Shown piece after piece: positions 1-14,626 of a stretch of 64,000 nt of DNA (positions within the stretch are counted from its first letter, which is position 1; each line of letters begins with the position of its first letter). The DNA is taken from positions 28,384,001 through 28,448,000 of the forward strand of contig CP068257.2 of the NCBI GenBank assembly GCA_009914755.4, in the 5' to 3' direction. The notes under the pieces are model-generated. The model was not told the origin of the DNA. It did no database searches and saw nothing but the letters and a program-made list of their open reading frames with translations. Both the position numbers and the translations under genes were made by a program. The stretch is from the human T2T-CHM13v2.0 reference genome, Homo sapiens.

Positions 1-87
1 TGGTTTCACTGTGTTGGCCAGGCTGAGTGCCAACTCCTTGGCCTCCCAAAGTGCTGGAATTATAGGCATGAGCCACCAGGCCGGGCC
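1..87 (-). mobile_element. Alu SINE, 3' portion; the 5' part lies left of the window
   Basis: Reverse complement of the Alu right arm and left end (ggcctcccaaagtgctgg.attataggcatgagccacc.ggccgggcc), running to the window edge. Confidence 0.85.
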
Positions 88-699
88 AGAACTATAGTTT
101 TTAATGTGTTCAGATTAAGCAAAATGTTAAATAATCTGACTACAATTTCTTCTTGGGGACACAATGATAACTAAGATTAACATTTTTTATAAGTCACATC
201 ACTGTGATTCCAGAACTGGGATATAATTATGGGTTGAGTTGGGGACCCATTTGGCATACTAAGAAATATAACCAAGCCAAAACTCCATTAATCAGCTCAC
301 TTTCATATATTTTCTTTTATTTATATTCTGATTACTGACTTTGGTTTGTTTCTCAACCCATTAACCATGTCCATCTTGGCCTTGGCAATTGAGTAGGAAT
401 ACTTGGCCTCTGCTATTCCAAGATCTGTTATCTCCATTGAATTTAGAAAGCTTAGTTTGATAGAAGCAATTTATCCTCTTATTCCTGGCTTATAAAGAAT
501 AGTTATCACGCAGCTTTTCAAGGAGGCTGGTGCTCCCTTCCCAGTGTATTTCCTAAGGTTGTGGTGAAGATAGTGTCCTCTGAAATATCCTCCAGAACAA
601 GATTAGGGTATGGGTGAGCAGTTCTCACAATAAGCCCACTCCAGTATTCTCATCTCTTGGAGCCTTTGGATAACATGTGACCCAGCAATTCCAAATATA

Positions 700-838
700 T
701 ATATGATACATTCTAGATATATATATATTCTTTCTTTATATAGGATATATATACACACACACACACATACACATAAGGTATTATGTATAGGGCATATATG
801 TATGTGTGTATGTGTGTGTGTGTATATATATATATATA
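700..838. repeat. Compound microsatellite (TA)n/(CA)n/(GT)n
   Basis: Runs of atatat, acacacacacacac, tgtgtgtgtgtg and tatatatatata seen directly. Confidence 0.9.
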
Positions 839-867
839 CTTAGAAGTGGAATTAGATTAGAATTAGA

Positions 868-1510
868 TTCCATTTCTAGGCATATACATTTTCAAGAGAA
901 ATAGAAATATAGATCCATACAAAACTTGTATGCAAATATTTATAACATTATTATAAATCTCTTAGATTTCCAAGAGAAATGGAAATATAGGTCAATATAA
1001 GTACTTGTACACACAAATATTTATAACAACATTATTCATGATAGCCAATATGTTGAAACAATTGAAATGGCTGTTAACTGAGCAAAAATGGGTACACAAA
1101 ATGAGATATATCTGTAAGTGCAATACCATTCAGCAACAAAAAGAAACAAAGGACTGATACATGCTGCAACATGAAACAGTCGTGAAAACGTTATGCTGAG
1201 TGAAAGAATTCAGTCGAAAAGAATCACATACTCATTATCGAATTTATATCAAATGTCCATAATTGAAAACCTATAAAGACCGGAAATAGAATAGTAGCAG
1301 TTGTCCAATGCTGGGGCTGGAGGCAGGATGGTAGGGAGGGAGGGATCAGAGGAGTGATAGCTAAGAGATGGGGTCATGGAAATATTTTAAAATTGATTGT
1401 GGTGATGATGGCAGAATCCTGTGAATATATTAAAAGCCACTGAAATACACTTTAAATGGGTGAATTGTATAGTATGTGAATTATAACTTAATAAAGCTGT
1501 TACATTTAAA
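868..1510 (+). mobile_element. LINE-1 3'-end fragment (end of ORF2 plus 3'UTR; older L1P/L1M type)
   Basis: Collinear with the L1 3' consensus: ctaggcatatac..acttgtacacacaaatatttataacaacattattcatgatagccaa..aatggctgt..ggtacacaaaatgagatata..ttcagcaacaaaaagaaac..catgctgcaacatg..ttatgctgagtgaaag..tggttgccaggggctgg..ggtgatgatggcaga.tcctgtgaatatattaaaagccactgaa..tttaaatgggtgaattgtatagtatgtgaattataacttaataaagctgtt. Confidence 0.65.
891..1042 (+). repeat. Internal tandem duplication, about 78 bp x 2, within the L1 fragment
   Basis: ttcaagagaaatagaaatatagatccatacaaaacttgtatgcaaatatttataacattattataaat followed by tccaagagaaatggaaatataggtcaatataagtacttgtacacacaaatatttataacaacattattcat. Confidence 0.6.
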
Positions 1511-3317
1511 AGGCGGTGAGGGTGGGTATTAAGGAAGTTTCCTGGCAAGGCATTACAGGTTTCTCAGACAAGGAGAGGCTAATCTCATCAGAAAGGGAAG
1601 AAAAAATTGCTTTCACTGGCAAAGGAGACTTGATCAGATTGGGAGTTAAGGTCTCTAAACTCATAAGAAACTGCCTATATGACCCTATTCCCGTATTTTT
1701 AATGGTCTCACTTCTTTCCAAATTTAATAGATAAGATTCCATAAGGTTAGTGTTGAGAATTCTTGACTTTGTAGCACCAGGAAATGGGGATTTCTCTCAG
1801 GGTAGCCATAGAGAGAAAGCCATAGAGAGAGCCAAGGTTTATAATTGGACCTTGATATAGACAGTTAAAGTCCTGAGCTAATCAACTTCTTTTCATTAGG
1901 TCTCTAGCATATTTGAAAGCTGCCAAGAAAACCCACAGTCTTTATATCCTTCAGTTTTTCTAAAATATTTTATATCCGCAGCCACTTGATCACCCAGCAT
2001 CTTGTCCTCCAAGAACACTTGCTCCTGACCTTAGATGCCTACAGGTGATAATTTAGGTATTGTTTGCCACTGCATGCTACAGACTGCCAGTGTCTTATTC
2101 ACCATGGCAATAAGGAAATTTATATCTAGTCAGATGAGAGAATCAATACCAGATTCCCATCTTTAAGGTTCTATTTTCCTGAAACCACTTCTGGTACAAG
2201 TCACTGTGTCAGTTAGAATTCAGTAAGGGAAGCAGAGCCATATGAGTATTATGAGATATGGATCTATTATGTGAGGTGGACTTTCCACAGTTGTGAACAA
2301 AGCAGTTAAGTGAAAGTCCAGAAAGGAAAGTTGGAGAATCACACAAAAGCCACTAGCCATTCCTCCTGAAATGCTGAACCGGGGATGAGTTGGAGGAGAT
2401 GCTGAAATGCATTTTAAGAGTGTAGGGCACCCACGGTGTAACTGCAGAAAGGGAGCTCATGGATGGGTCTGTGGAAAGCTATTGCCTCTATATGACTGTT
2501 GCCTCTGGGTCTGTAGCCAAAAATTTTATGGTGATCTCAGAATTGGTGTTACTCAGCTGAGACAGCAGCCAAGATCAATATCTGGAAAACAGCACAGAAG
2601 AGAGAAGCAGAAATTGGAAAGTGTTGTTCAAGATTATCCAAGTTGACTTTAGTACAATCCAGCACATTGTCATTCTGAGTCATTGGCCATAGTGGTCTCC
2701 GAAGGACTGAAGTAGGCAGGTGAATGAAAAGAGGGGAAACAGGAAAAAAAAAAAAAGAACTCCTGGTTTTACTTTCACCAGTCAGTCACAGTAGGCCAGT
2801 TTTAAACCATACACTACTACAGTTATTGGTTATTATCAAGGATTAAAAACTTGATACTATTTTTGGTTGTCTCACATCTGTCCTAGATGAGACCTAGAAT
2901 ATAATAGGTTCTTAACATACATCTATTGGTTGGGTGAATGAATTCATGAGTGAATGAATGAGGATTTGGGTTTCAAAGTCTTCTCACTGCTTTCTAACTT
3001 TATCTTCATGTTATTTTTGCACTCATACTGATAATAGCCATTTGCCCTAGGGGTAGAGAACTCAGGAACCCTGTGGCTGATGCACAATAAAAGAAGGAAA
3101 GAATAAAGGCAGGCATTTCATAATTGAGGCGGAGGTTCAGCAGACCATACAGATTAAAAATAGTGCTTCTATCCAAGTGGAAACATCACAAACTTCCTAT
3201 TAAAGAAAACCATGACCTCTCTTGACCCACTGTGGGAAGGTGGTCGGCAAGGATCATGGTCATACCTTGAAGAAGTGATTGATCTGTCAATTAGTGACTT
3301 CCACATTTTCCCATGTG

Positions 3318-3681
3318 CTATGGCCTGAATGTCTGAGTTCCCTCAAAATTCATGTGTTAAAATCCTAACCCCCAAAGTGATGATATTAAGAGGTGGGGTC
3401 TTTGAGAGGGGATTAGTTCCAGAGGCCAGAGTCCTCTTGAATGGAATTAGTGTGCTTGTAAAAGAGATCCCAGAAAGGTCCCTTGCCTCTTCTGCCATGT
3501 GAGATTGTAATGAGAAGACAGCTGTCTATCCAGAGAGGGGACCCTCACCAGACACCAAATCTGTTGGCACCTGGATCTTGCACTTTCCAGCTTCCACAAC
3601 TATAAGAAATAAGTGTCTGTTTTTTATAAGTCCTCCATCTGTGGGTTTTTTTGTTAAAGTACCTTGAATGAACTAAGACAC
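3318..3681 (+). mobile_element. MaLR-type solitary LTR (MLT1/MST-like)
   Basis: tgctatggcctgaatg..cctcaaaattcatgtgttaaaatcctaacccccaaagtgatgatattaagaggtggggtctttgagagg..ccatgtgagat..gaccctcaccagacaccaaatctgttggcacctggatcttgcactttccagcttccacaactataagaaataagtgtctgttttttataagtc..gaactaagaca. Same family as the antisense copies at 12373 and 55449. Confidence 0.5.
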
Positions 3682-4164
3682 CATGTAAAACACCCTTGAG
3701 AAAAACCTTCAGTACTGAAAACTGTTTCCCTGTAGTTTGGAACTAAAATGGATAATAATCTGAAATGCCCAAACATAGACTAAGGCTCCCAAAGTTCTCA
3801 GAATTGAGATAAGATCCAAGTTTTTGTAAAGCCTAAAAATTTATGGTATGAGAAGATCTCTTTAAGAAAAGTAATACAAAATTATGAATAGAATTAAGTG
3901 CTTTCTTAGAATAATAAATTATGACAAATTACAAATATAAAAAGCTACTAACTACCAAAAATATAGCAAATTTCCTCCCCAATAAGCAGAATATGATTTA
4001 TTAATTAATTTCCCAACTCACATGCTTAATACTTTCTCTCTACATAATCTGGCTACTATATTTTTTGATTCTCTTTGTATATGACAATGATCTTGCCATA
4101 TCATTTTCTATGGAAAGAATAGAAAGACAATTTTGCTTCACATAGCACAACTGATTGAAATTTG

Positions 4165-4304
4165 TTTTATTTTTATTTTCATTTTTTTGGTAGAGATGGG
4201 ATCTCTGTGTTGGCCAGGCTGGTCTTGAATTCCTGGCCTGAAGCTATCCTCCCGCCTAGGCCTCCCAAAGTGCTGGGATTACAAATGTAGCCACCATGCC
4301 CAGC
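4165..4304 (-). mobile_element. Free left Alu monomer (FLAM-like) with A-rich tail
   Basis: Reverse complement of the Alu left arm (gctgggcatggtggctacatttgtaatcccagcactttgggaggcc..gaccagcctggccaacacagagatcccatctctacc), preceded on the + strand by T-rich ttttattttcattttttt. Confidence 0.6.
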
Positions 4305-4989
4305 TTTTATTAGAAAATTTTATTTCACTTTAACAACTTGTTATGGGAAACATTATTTAAATTTTTTGAATTTTGATCAAATTTGCAAAAAGCTCAGTCT
4401 AGTTTTCTTCGTATATGAGATATATGATTTCAGGTACTCTTCTGCGTTGACTAGTGTTTTGAATCAATGATATACATGAAATAGTTCATCATCAATGTCC
4501 TCATTGCAGTGGCATATTAAGAGTTTTATACTGACATTGACGTGTCAACATTTCATGTCAAATCCACAATCATCATTACCTGGCTTATCAAACAATTCAA
4601 GAATTATTCATTACTTCTGTTTAAAACTTCTAATTACTTTGATTAATACTTCTTTGATATGATCTGAGCATTTTTTTTTGCTCAGGTTTTTCTTTATGTC
4701 AACATAATTTACATTAATCATCTTACTGCTTTCATTTCATATTGGATTCATGTTATATGAGTTTTCCCCAGTGCTTTAATAAAGAAATTTTAAAAGACAA
4801 AAGAAAGTACTTTTCATATGCATCCAATTCAAGGATCTGTCATTTCACACTTTTTAATTGAAATATTCCAATATAACTTTCCAAATGCAAAGAATGTATT
4901 CGAACTTTATCAACTTTTGAATAAACTTTTGCATCTTGGTTTGTTCAAGCCTTTCTTTCAAATATCCAGAACATATTTAGAGTCCTTTA

Positions 4990-5541
<552 letters not shown>

Positions 5542-6273
5542 TCACGTGAGGGAAGTCTTTCTTCATAGATCATGTTCTACAAACTTTAAAATGTTGTTCA
5601 ATGGCTGGTTACATCTCTCTAGAACTAATTTCATTTTGTTGAATAACATCACAGATACATGGTCTTACAATGGTGAAAAAGGTAAAAGTCACTTGCTTGG
5701 TTTTCTGCTATAATAGAACACCCAATACATATCAATATTCTGTAATTTATCAGTTATAATGTATCAGTCATAGCATGCATCTATGGTGGAATCTACAGCA
5801 ATGAAGTGATATTTGATGTCTGGATTATTTATTTTATTTGTTATTTCATTTTACAGATATTTCCGGTTATTTTGATCAACTTTTGTGGGCAAATCAGTTA
5901 CATTTTATCCATTTTGATATTTTCCCAAGTTCTTGTGCAAAAACAAATCAGTTCAGCAATCAGTTTGAAGTTAACCATGAATTTTATTATTCTAAGATTG
6001 TAACTTAGTGACAAAGAATTTTGAAGGACGAACTTCTTTTGCTTAAAAATACACTAATTATAAGTATTTTTTAAAGCAATTGAAAGAAACATTATTTTTA
6101 TTATGTGTTTAATACATTGTCCTGGTGCATTTTTATTTATTTACATGACATTCAAATAAACAACCTGCTTAGTCTTTGTGAAGTAGTCTCGAGGGCTTTC
6201 AACATATTCTTCCAGAAAAATATGCATTATTAAGTAATGTTGGTCTTGCTAAGAGTGATTTAAAAATAAAATA

Positions 6274-6494
6274 ACCAGCCTGGCCAACATGGTGAAACCC
6301 CATCTCTACTAAAAATACAAAAATTAGCTGGGCATGATGGTGCATGCCTGTAATTCCAGCTACTTGGGAGGCTGAGGCAGGAGAATCGCTTGAACTCGGG
6401 AGGTGAGCTGAGATCACAACCATTGCACTCCAGCCTGGGCCACAGAGCGAGACTCTGACTTAAAAAAAAAATAATAATAATAATAAAATAATAT
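6274..6494 (+). mobile_element. Alu SINE, 5'-truncated (starts inside the left arm), poly(A)/(AAT)n tail
   Basis: gaccagcctggccaacatggtgaaaccccatctctactaaaaatacaaaaattagctgggcatgatggtgcatgcctgtaattccagctacttgggaggctgaggcaggagaatcgcttgaac..gcactccagcctgggccacagagcgagactctgacttaaaaaaaaaataataataataat. Confidence 0.85.
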
Positions 6495-9400
6495 ATGCAA
6501 CCTCCAGTTAGATTAGGCTATCATAAATGAGTTTAGCTATTTTTAATTTTCTTAATTTTTTGTTTGAGAAACATCTCTTCTGGCCATTATAAGTTCTGTT
6601 TGAGTGATAGATCTGTTTGATATTATTGAAATCCATCTGACTTTCTTTAAACAGTGTTGAATGAAATTATTCTTCATTGTAACAGGCATGGTTCTTATTT
6701 AAGTCAATGAATTCATCAAAATTAAGGCACTTGTTGATCTCATGTATGCGCTAATGTCTGATGTCCATACAAACTGATTTACTTCATAAGAATTTTATCT
6801 TCTGCATGTTTTTTCCTGTTTGATAGTGCCCTGATTCTTCTAATTATCCTGTTTCTTCTTGTCATTTTCATTATCTATATTTTCTAGATTACTGTAATTC
6901 TATTACTGGTTATTATGATTTTGACCAGAGTTTTTAATCTTCAGTACTTATGTATGAAGGATCTTTAATATGTAGAAGTTTCACCCAGTCTTTTTTCTTT
7001 CAGGTTATGTTTTTAGCTTCCATTAGGATATTTTCTTCCTGCCATATCTGAATTTTGAGATAATAATCAACAGTTCTGAAAAAATGTAAAATTAATCTGA
7101 AGTTAAAGCATACACAAGAGAAATTTAAATGATTTTAAATTGCCACTGCTTGTGTTAGGTTACATAGTTGTGTACTCATCATTTTTACACAACTTACACT
7201 GCTGATTATTTACATAATTAATAGCTTTGTCGCTCTAACACTTGTTTCTTTGGCCAATTTTATTGTCTTAGTGACAGATTTTACCAGGAACTACCAGATT
7301 TTTCCAGGACAAGAAGCATCAGAGATTCTGAAACATAATTCAAAACTCTTAGAATGCATAAAACATGTGATTCTACTTACAGCTATATTTGAATTTTTTA
7401 GTATTCCATAGGTTTACATCTTACAAACATGGAGACTCTGACAAATTTTAGTGTTGCTTTTCTGTTCAAAAAAGAAAAACAAAGTATGGTGCATTTGTAA
7501 TTGTATATGCCGCCATGTTTGTTAATAATATTTCTGATGGGAGAGAACTTCTATTATGACTAGATACCAACAAGAAACAAATCTTACAGTTAACAATTTT
7601 ATATTTCTGATGCGGAAGAATTGCCCACATCCTACTTTCTGGCTACGCATATTTCAAAATCTTATTTTTCCTCTACTGCTGACATACTACCACTGGTGTG
7701 TGTCAGAGGACATATTAATATCACAATACACCTTCTGGTTCTGATGTTCATGAAGGAATGCTAAGAGAATCAGCACAGTGGACAGCAGGAATGTTCCCAG
7801 AAGCGACTTATCTTCTGTTCTGGGTAAATTAGCAATCACATAACTGTACATGTATGTTATTGTTGTAGGACTTTCTCCGTAGTTGAGCCAAGAGCTAGGT
7901 CCTTGTCACACAGCCATGAAATATTAGGCTTGCAAACACTTTAAAGGGTGAGAAAAATGGAACTTTTTGGTCAAAAAGGGAAACAGGGACTCTCAGCAGA
8001 ATGAGGGTCCTGCTATACACGCTTCCTGCCTCACAGATTGAATCCCAGATTCCACCAAGGAAGAGGAGGGGCCAGGCTCTTCGCAGCGGCGAATGGGGTG
8101 AACTTCCTTAGCTCCACCCCAGTACGTCCTCCTCCCAGTGCACAAACCAGTCAGAGGTTCCCGGGGGACCCCTTTCTTGTCTGTCTCTTTATTGCCAATC
8201 ACAAAAATATATCCCACTAACCTAAATGTATTTCTACATTAATTTCATATTGTGTAACTATGAAAATGTTGATTACTATTCCAAAGTCATCAACCACAAG
8301 GGGAAGTATAATACAACAGAGTTGGAATTGAATAAAATTGACAAACTTAAGGAATTGCAGTTAACATATCTCACTTTTGCAAAATATACGAAGACTTGTG
8401 ATCTTGAGAACACATTGCTCGGGCTTCTCCCAGGTCCTGGCTAGGGTTAAGTGGAAGGGAAGGGTCCTGGAACATAAGCTTCACTGTTTCATGGTACATC
8501 CACCTCAGCTCGAAATTCTTGCATCTTTTAGATTTCAGCTTCCATCTGAGTAACAACATTAGGTGATATTTCAAGGATCAGTGTGGACCAGTTCTAATTA
8601 GACAGACAGAAAGTGTTGCAGTGACAACAATTGTAAGAAATACCCAACAAGCTCTAGTCACAGGGGTTTCTAAGGATTAAACCCAAGCTGGATTTCTTTC
8701 AAGATGCTACCTCTGCTGCTCTCTCAACTTTCTTTTCATCTCACTGTAAGTAAGAGGGTAGGTCCTTGTGCCTTTGGCACTTAGGAAGAGCGTGTTTTAA
8801 ATGAATAGATTCTACACTTTACATTCAATGTAAGGAAGGTCAGGGTGCTGGGTTGAAGCCACAGCAAGAAAGTTACAGGATTCTGAGAAAAGAATAAATG
8901 CCCCTATTTTTTCTGATAAAAAATTTAACCGATTATGCCTGTTTACTTGCTCTACTTACGTATATTTTCCTTTAGCTATTTATCTTGGATGCTTGACCCC
9001 TTTGGACTAAGGCATTATTCTAAATACCACCTTGCAGAGGGGGACTACTGCATAAACTAGGCAGTGAATCAAAGCTGCTGGCTACAGTTGTAGAGGGTGA
9101 CACAGCCTCACTGACCCAGCTGGAAATTTCTACCAAGAATGTCACTTCTTTTCATTTAGTTCTTCAAAAATGCTCTAAAAACACTTCAGAAAGCAAAAGA
9201 AAGGGATTATGTAATAAGCCCCTCTGCACACACCCCATACTTCTTATTTGAAGTAAATCCACTTCAAATAAACAGATTCCTTTAAAAAATGTTCAGCTTT
9301 ATTTTTTTCAATCTAAACTTTACATTCTATTGAATAAGTTTTACATTGAAAGCATTTCTGAACAAATGCCTGTTTAGTATTTATTTTCTTCTCTCCCTAC

Positions 9401-12372
9401 TCCCAACTGCACTTGAACTTCAAAGGGCAAAGGTAGTCATTGGTGTTTTACGGATGCACGACAAGTACCTAAACCACTACCTGGATCAAAGCAGCCACTT
9501 TTGCCGAAGGGGTGCATCATTCAGACAAGGCTCATGCTCCAGAGAGATCTGTTATATTTACACTGTGGATTGTCAAACCTGCAGATCTAACTCTCTGTAC
9601 CTGTGCAGCTAAGTCATGTATCTCAAAGGCATCAATTAAAATATTTTAGGGTTACTTGTGAGATAAGATTTTAATACAGATTAATCTAAACAAGCTGTCA
9701 ACCAGCAGATAACAGGACCTTGAAGACTTATGACACAGAGAAGCAATTAATATGGAGGTCAGGAATAGGAGAAGGAAGTATCTGTGTGCCTGGAGCCAGA
9801 AGTAGGGATGGACGCGTTAAAATAAATTACAGTAACCTCCCCATTGTTTGTTGGTTTAAACACTTCAGGCAATGGTTCTGCATGGGTATGATTACAGCAT
9901 TTTCCTCAATTCATAATTTTATTCTTGAAGCTTGGAATCTTATCTTCTGGAGTCCGTCCATATCTTTGAAGCTGAAATTGGAAATTCTAACTGCGATCTG
10001 AGCAAAGTTCCACAGCTGATTTGCCTTTTTTTTTTTTCCTGAAGCAAAGTCAGTTGAGAAATCCCACACTGCAAACCTTGTCTTTTCTCAGTGATTTATT
10101 GGCTATTTTGATTCCATCTGCAATGGTTTGCTCCGTGGTTTGTGCCAAACATTTTAAATGCTTAAGAGTCAATCAAAACGCTATCTTCCTCAAGGAAAAG
10201 TCAAGTCACCCAATCTGGAACATTTTATATTTCGGTTGTAAATGAAGCCTTAATTCTGACTGTAGACTGGCTCTCACTTCAGGGATGCAAAACACGAATG
10301 ATCTTTTCCTGTATCTCAAGGACCACATGCCACTGTGTTCCGCCTTCAACATGTGTAAGAATTTCTGCTGTTTGTCAAAATGCTAACAGGAATGACACCA
10401 GGAATATCCTATAGTAGTAGCTTAATTTTACCCACATAAAAACATTTCATTTTATGTCTCACGTGTTTTTCATACATGCCTATTATGTTTCTTTTTGTTC
10501 CAAACTGATTATCAGTGTTTGACTGTAAGGTAAATAAAATACCATTAATTAGGGAAAGGACTAATTGGTCCAATTTGGAGAAATGCTGATAATCAAATTG
10601 GTGTACCTTCTTGTATTACAAGTGACATTTTGTAACAGTTTCCAGGTTTTAATTATGATGAGCTTGCATTTCAAAGAACTAATTAAGGTTTCTTATTGTT
10701 TCTTTTGTAGCCAAACATTTTACCCCAAGGCTACCAAGGAAGAAAAGACAAAGGCAGACATCTGCAATTTTTAAAGCAGCTTCTTATTCCTCGCTCTTCC
10801 TCTATTTACTAAAAAAGAATATGTGTTTAGAGTGGAGAGGGGCATGTTGGGGGAAGGTGGGGAAGTAAGGGATGGGGAGAGAGGAGGGTGGGAGGAAAAA
10901 CAAGACCACTCACTTCTTGGGTTCTTGGCACTCCAAGAATGATTTGGTGATAGTTTGATGAGTCATAGAAAATTTTCTTGGTAGATGAACAATAAAAATG
11001 AATATTTATTCATTTACCCATTTAAGAAATGTTTGATGCCTAGCAGAAGCTAAGGCAGTGTTCTAGGTACTAGGACAGTAGTAATAAATGAATAGTCTTT
11101 ACTCCCCAGAGACCTGCAAAATAGTGGAGGAGACAGGAATATAGAGTAGGTAAGTATGCACGAAGAAAATACACAGGTAGATAAACATGTAGAGAAAATA
11201 ACTTATCTTTTATTTCAAGATTTCAAAATTATGAAGTAAAAGTAATTTGTGACTTGTGTTGAGATTTATGCCCTCTATTAGACGAAGCCTGAAATACGTA
11301 AGAGAAATCTAGATCAGTACTGTACAATAAAAATAGGATGTGAATCCTGAAGGTGAGACACATTACGGAATATGAAATTTTTCAGTAGCCACATTTAAAA
11401 AAGGTAAGAGGAAGCAGGTGGAATTAATTTTAATACAATATTTAACCCAATATACCCAAAATACTATTTTAAAATGTCAATAAAATAGTTTCTGAGATGT
11501 TGTTTTACATTCTACTTTTGTACAAAGTCTTCAAAATACAATATACTTTTTATATTTACAGCATATCTCAATTCAGACTAGGCACATTTCAAGTATTCAA
11601 TAGCCACATGTGTCCAGTAGCTGCTGTACTGCAGTGAAGTCTGTAGATTATCAGTTCTGGTTGTCAGAACCTATCTGTCCCTATGTTTTCTCTGTAATAT
11701 GGGCTGTCGTTTAGACAGATGTTTCCTACTTATTATTCATTTATTCTACATTTAATAAATATATGTTAGTTGTTAGGCATGGTGCCAGGTGCTGGGGGTG
11801 TTGTCGTGAATAAAAACAAAAATCTCTGCCCTTACGAAGTTTATATTCTAGTGGGTACTATTATCTAGGACAATCTCAGATTCCAGGTGATATTTAAGAG
11901 TGTTAGCCCTTTTCTGCTATTTTATTAGGCAGTTTTCACCAATGAACATATGCTACATAATCTTACTAAAACCAGGACCTGTCTTCTCTTTGAATAATTT
12001 CCACACATAAAACCCCAATATATTCTTTCCAATTCATATCACTATGAATCAGAATGAAGTTGTTGCAAATGATGGTCAGTGAAGAAGAATAGAAGGGAGG
12101 TTGGAAAAAGTGAGGCTTATTGCCTCTAACATTTCTGCCATTCTTACAGTGATTGGTATGCTCGATGTATTACAATTTGTCCTCACTTTGTTAGAATCAA
12201 CTTTGTTATCTTAAACAGCCAATCATATAGCCAAATAACAACATCAACAACAAAAAGAAGTGTTCCAAAACCACTAGCCTGGTAGCAATTCTAATGCAGG
12301 TGGTAAAGAGGTATTTGATCATGTTTATTCTTTGGTTTCATTTATTTTAATGCAGTCTGTCTCAGACATTTT

Positions 12373-12733
12373 CTGTTGCTATAACATAATACAATTGACT
12401 GGGCAAATTATAAAGAAAAGAAATTTATATCTCACAGTTCTGGAGGTTAGAAAGTTCAAGAGCAGAGCACGGTACTGGCACCCAGCGAGGGCCTTCTTGC
12501 TGCATTGTAACATGCTGGAGGGCATCACATGTCAACAGGGCAAGAGCACGTGTGTCAGCTCAAGTCTGTTTCCCTCCTCTCATAAAACTACCAGTGTCAT
12601 CATGGAGGCTCCACACTGATGACCTTATCTCATCCTAACGACCTCCCAAAGACCCCACCTCCAATCAACGTATGAATTTGCAGAATAAGTCTCCAACACA
12701 TAAAATTTGGTGAACATATTCAAACCATAGTAT
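12373..12733 (-). mobile_element. MaLR-type solitary LTR (MLT1/MST-like), antisense
   Basis: ctgttgctataacataatacaattgactgggcaaattataaagaaaagaaatttatatctcacagttctggaggttagaaagttcaagagcagagcac..ccaaagaccccacctccaatcaacgtatgaatttgcagaataagtctccaacacataaaatttggtgaacatattcaaaccatagta is the reverse complement of the MaLR LTR pattern seen at 3318. Confidence 0.5.
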
Positions 12734-14103
12734 AGTCCATGAGAAGATCTTCTCTAATGGAAAATTTGCTAATACAGCTTGAAGCCGTTGTGTTCATGTG
12801 GACTTCTGTTTTCCAGCAGTGATTCTTACCCTTGGGTGAACCTGGGAATCAACTGCTTGTGTTTTAGAAATTCTAATATTCAGGCTAACTTCAGACCAAT
12901 TAAATAAGTTTGTGTGGGGTGGGGCCAGAGCATTAGTATCTTTAAAGCTACCAATATGATTGTTAAGTCCGGAAAGGCTGAGCACCACTGCAGCAGGCAC
13001 ACTCCCCGTTCTTTTTGCCTCCCATTGCATTGGACATTAGCCATTTTAGCCTTTGTAATTTCCTGCCCAGGAAGTTAATCTAAGAACTTTCTTCTGTTGA
13101 TGTGAATGTGGATGTGAGTTGCCTTTCTTAACTCAGTTGAGGACCATCTTTCCAATTTCCAAAAACCCCTTCCATCATAATCAGATGTCACTTCAAAGTA
13201 AATTTTAGTGTCATTCACATGACATTGGATGGCAGGGATATGTCCATGTTGGGCATTTAATTATGATGCACACCTGTTTGGAACATTGGGGAGATGGCAC
13301 TCAAATTTATTACAAACTCCATTGAACTTCTGAAACCATTTAGAGTCTTTACTATTCAAGTGTGATGGGGGAAGTAGAAACAAGGGCATCTCCTGGAAGC
13401 TTGTTACAAATGCACATTCTCAGGCCTCAGCCTAGACCTGCTGAATCAGATTCTGCATTTTAACAAGATCCCCAAGTGGTTAGTGTGCACATTAAAATTT
13501 GAGAAGCCCTTGCTGAGTGTCAGTTACAGAACATATGTCACAAACTGAATCATGATATATTCAGTGTCCATACTAATTCCAAGGGCTCTTTGATTTTCAT
13601 GGATTTCAGCTTGTGTGTGCTGAAGCCTGTGGCAGACACCTTGCAGACCTCCAACCGTCTCTCAGCTGAAGAATCTTTGTTCTGAAGCAACCAATAAAAG
13701 GGATTTCTTTTTCCTTAAAGAGCAACTGGGGTCAAAGCATACTGGAGTGAGCTTCCTGGTAAGTAAGAGTTCTTTATATTAGACTCCAGGTCTGTTCTAA
13801 TTCATTCCTGCTGCTTCCTTTGATGAGATATTTTTCACACCTTCATTCTTTCTTTCATCCAGATTTCTCAACCAAATATGCTTCCCACTGAGGGGTTAAC
13901 AATTATACTTTTATTTTCTTCAGCATGGGCCTGAACGTTAGCATGGCTCACCTTGACCCTGCTTTTAGGCAGAGCTTCTCCAATCTATCAGCCTCTCCAT
14001 TTGACAGCCATTTGCTCCCTTTAATTTTTTTTTTAGTATCATTTACCTGAATTTGTGAAATATAGAAAAGCATTAGATATAGACTTGCAATGCTCTGTCC
14101 TAA

Positions 14104-14494
<391 letters not shown>

Positions 14495-14626
14495 TAGCTT
14501 GTTCTTATCTTAGTACTTCTTTTCTACCTCTAAAACTATGTAGTGAAGTATGATCAATCAAGCTTAAAATATCTTAGTTGCAAAGGTGAGGGAAAAAATA
14601 AAACTCCACAATTTTCATTTGGTAAA

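Noticed and set aside
7990-8220. GC-richer segment with caataaag on the minus strand (ggcaataaagagacagacaagaaagggg), considered as an LTR fragment or promoter
   Set aside because: No recognisable LTR termini, TSD or family match from memory. Only two overlapping chance ORFs (74 and 60 aa). Insufficient evidence to call.
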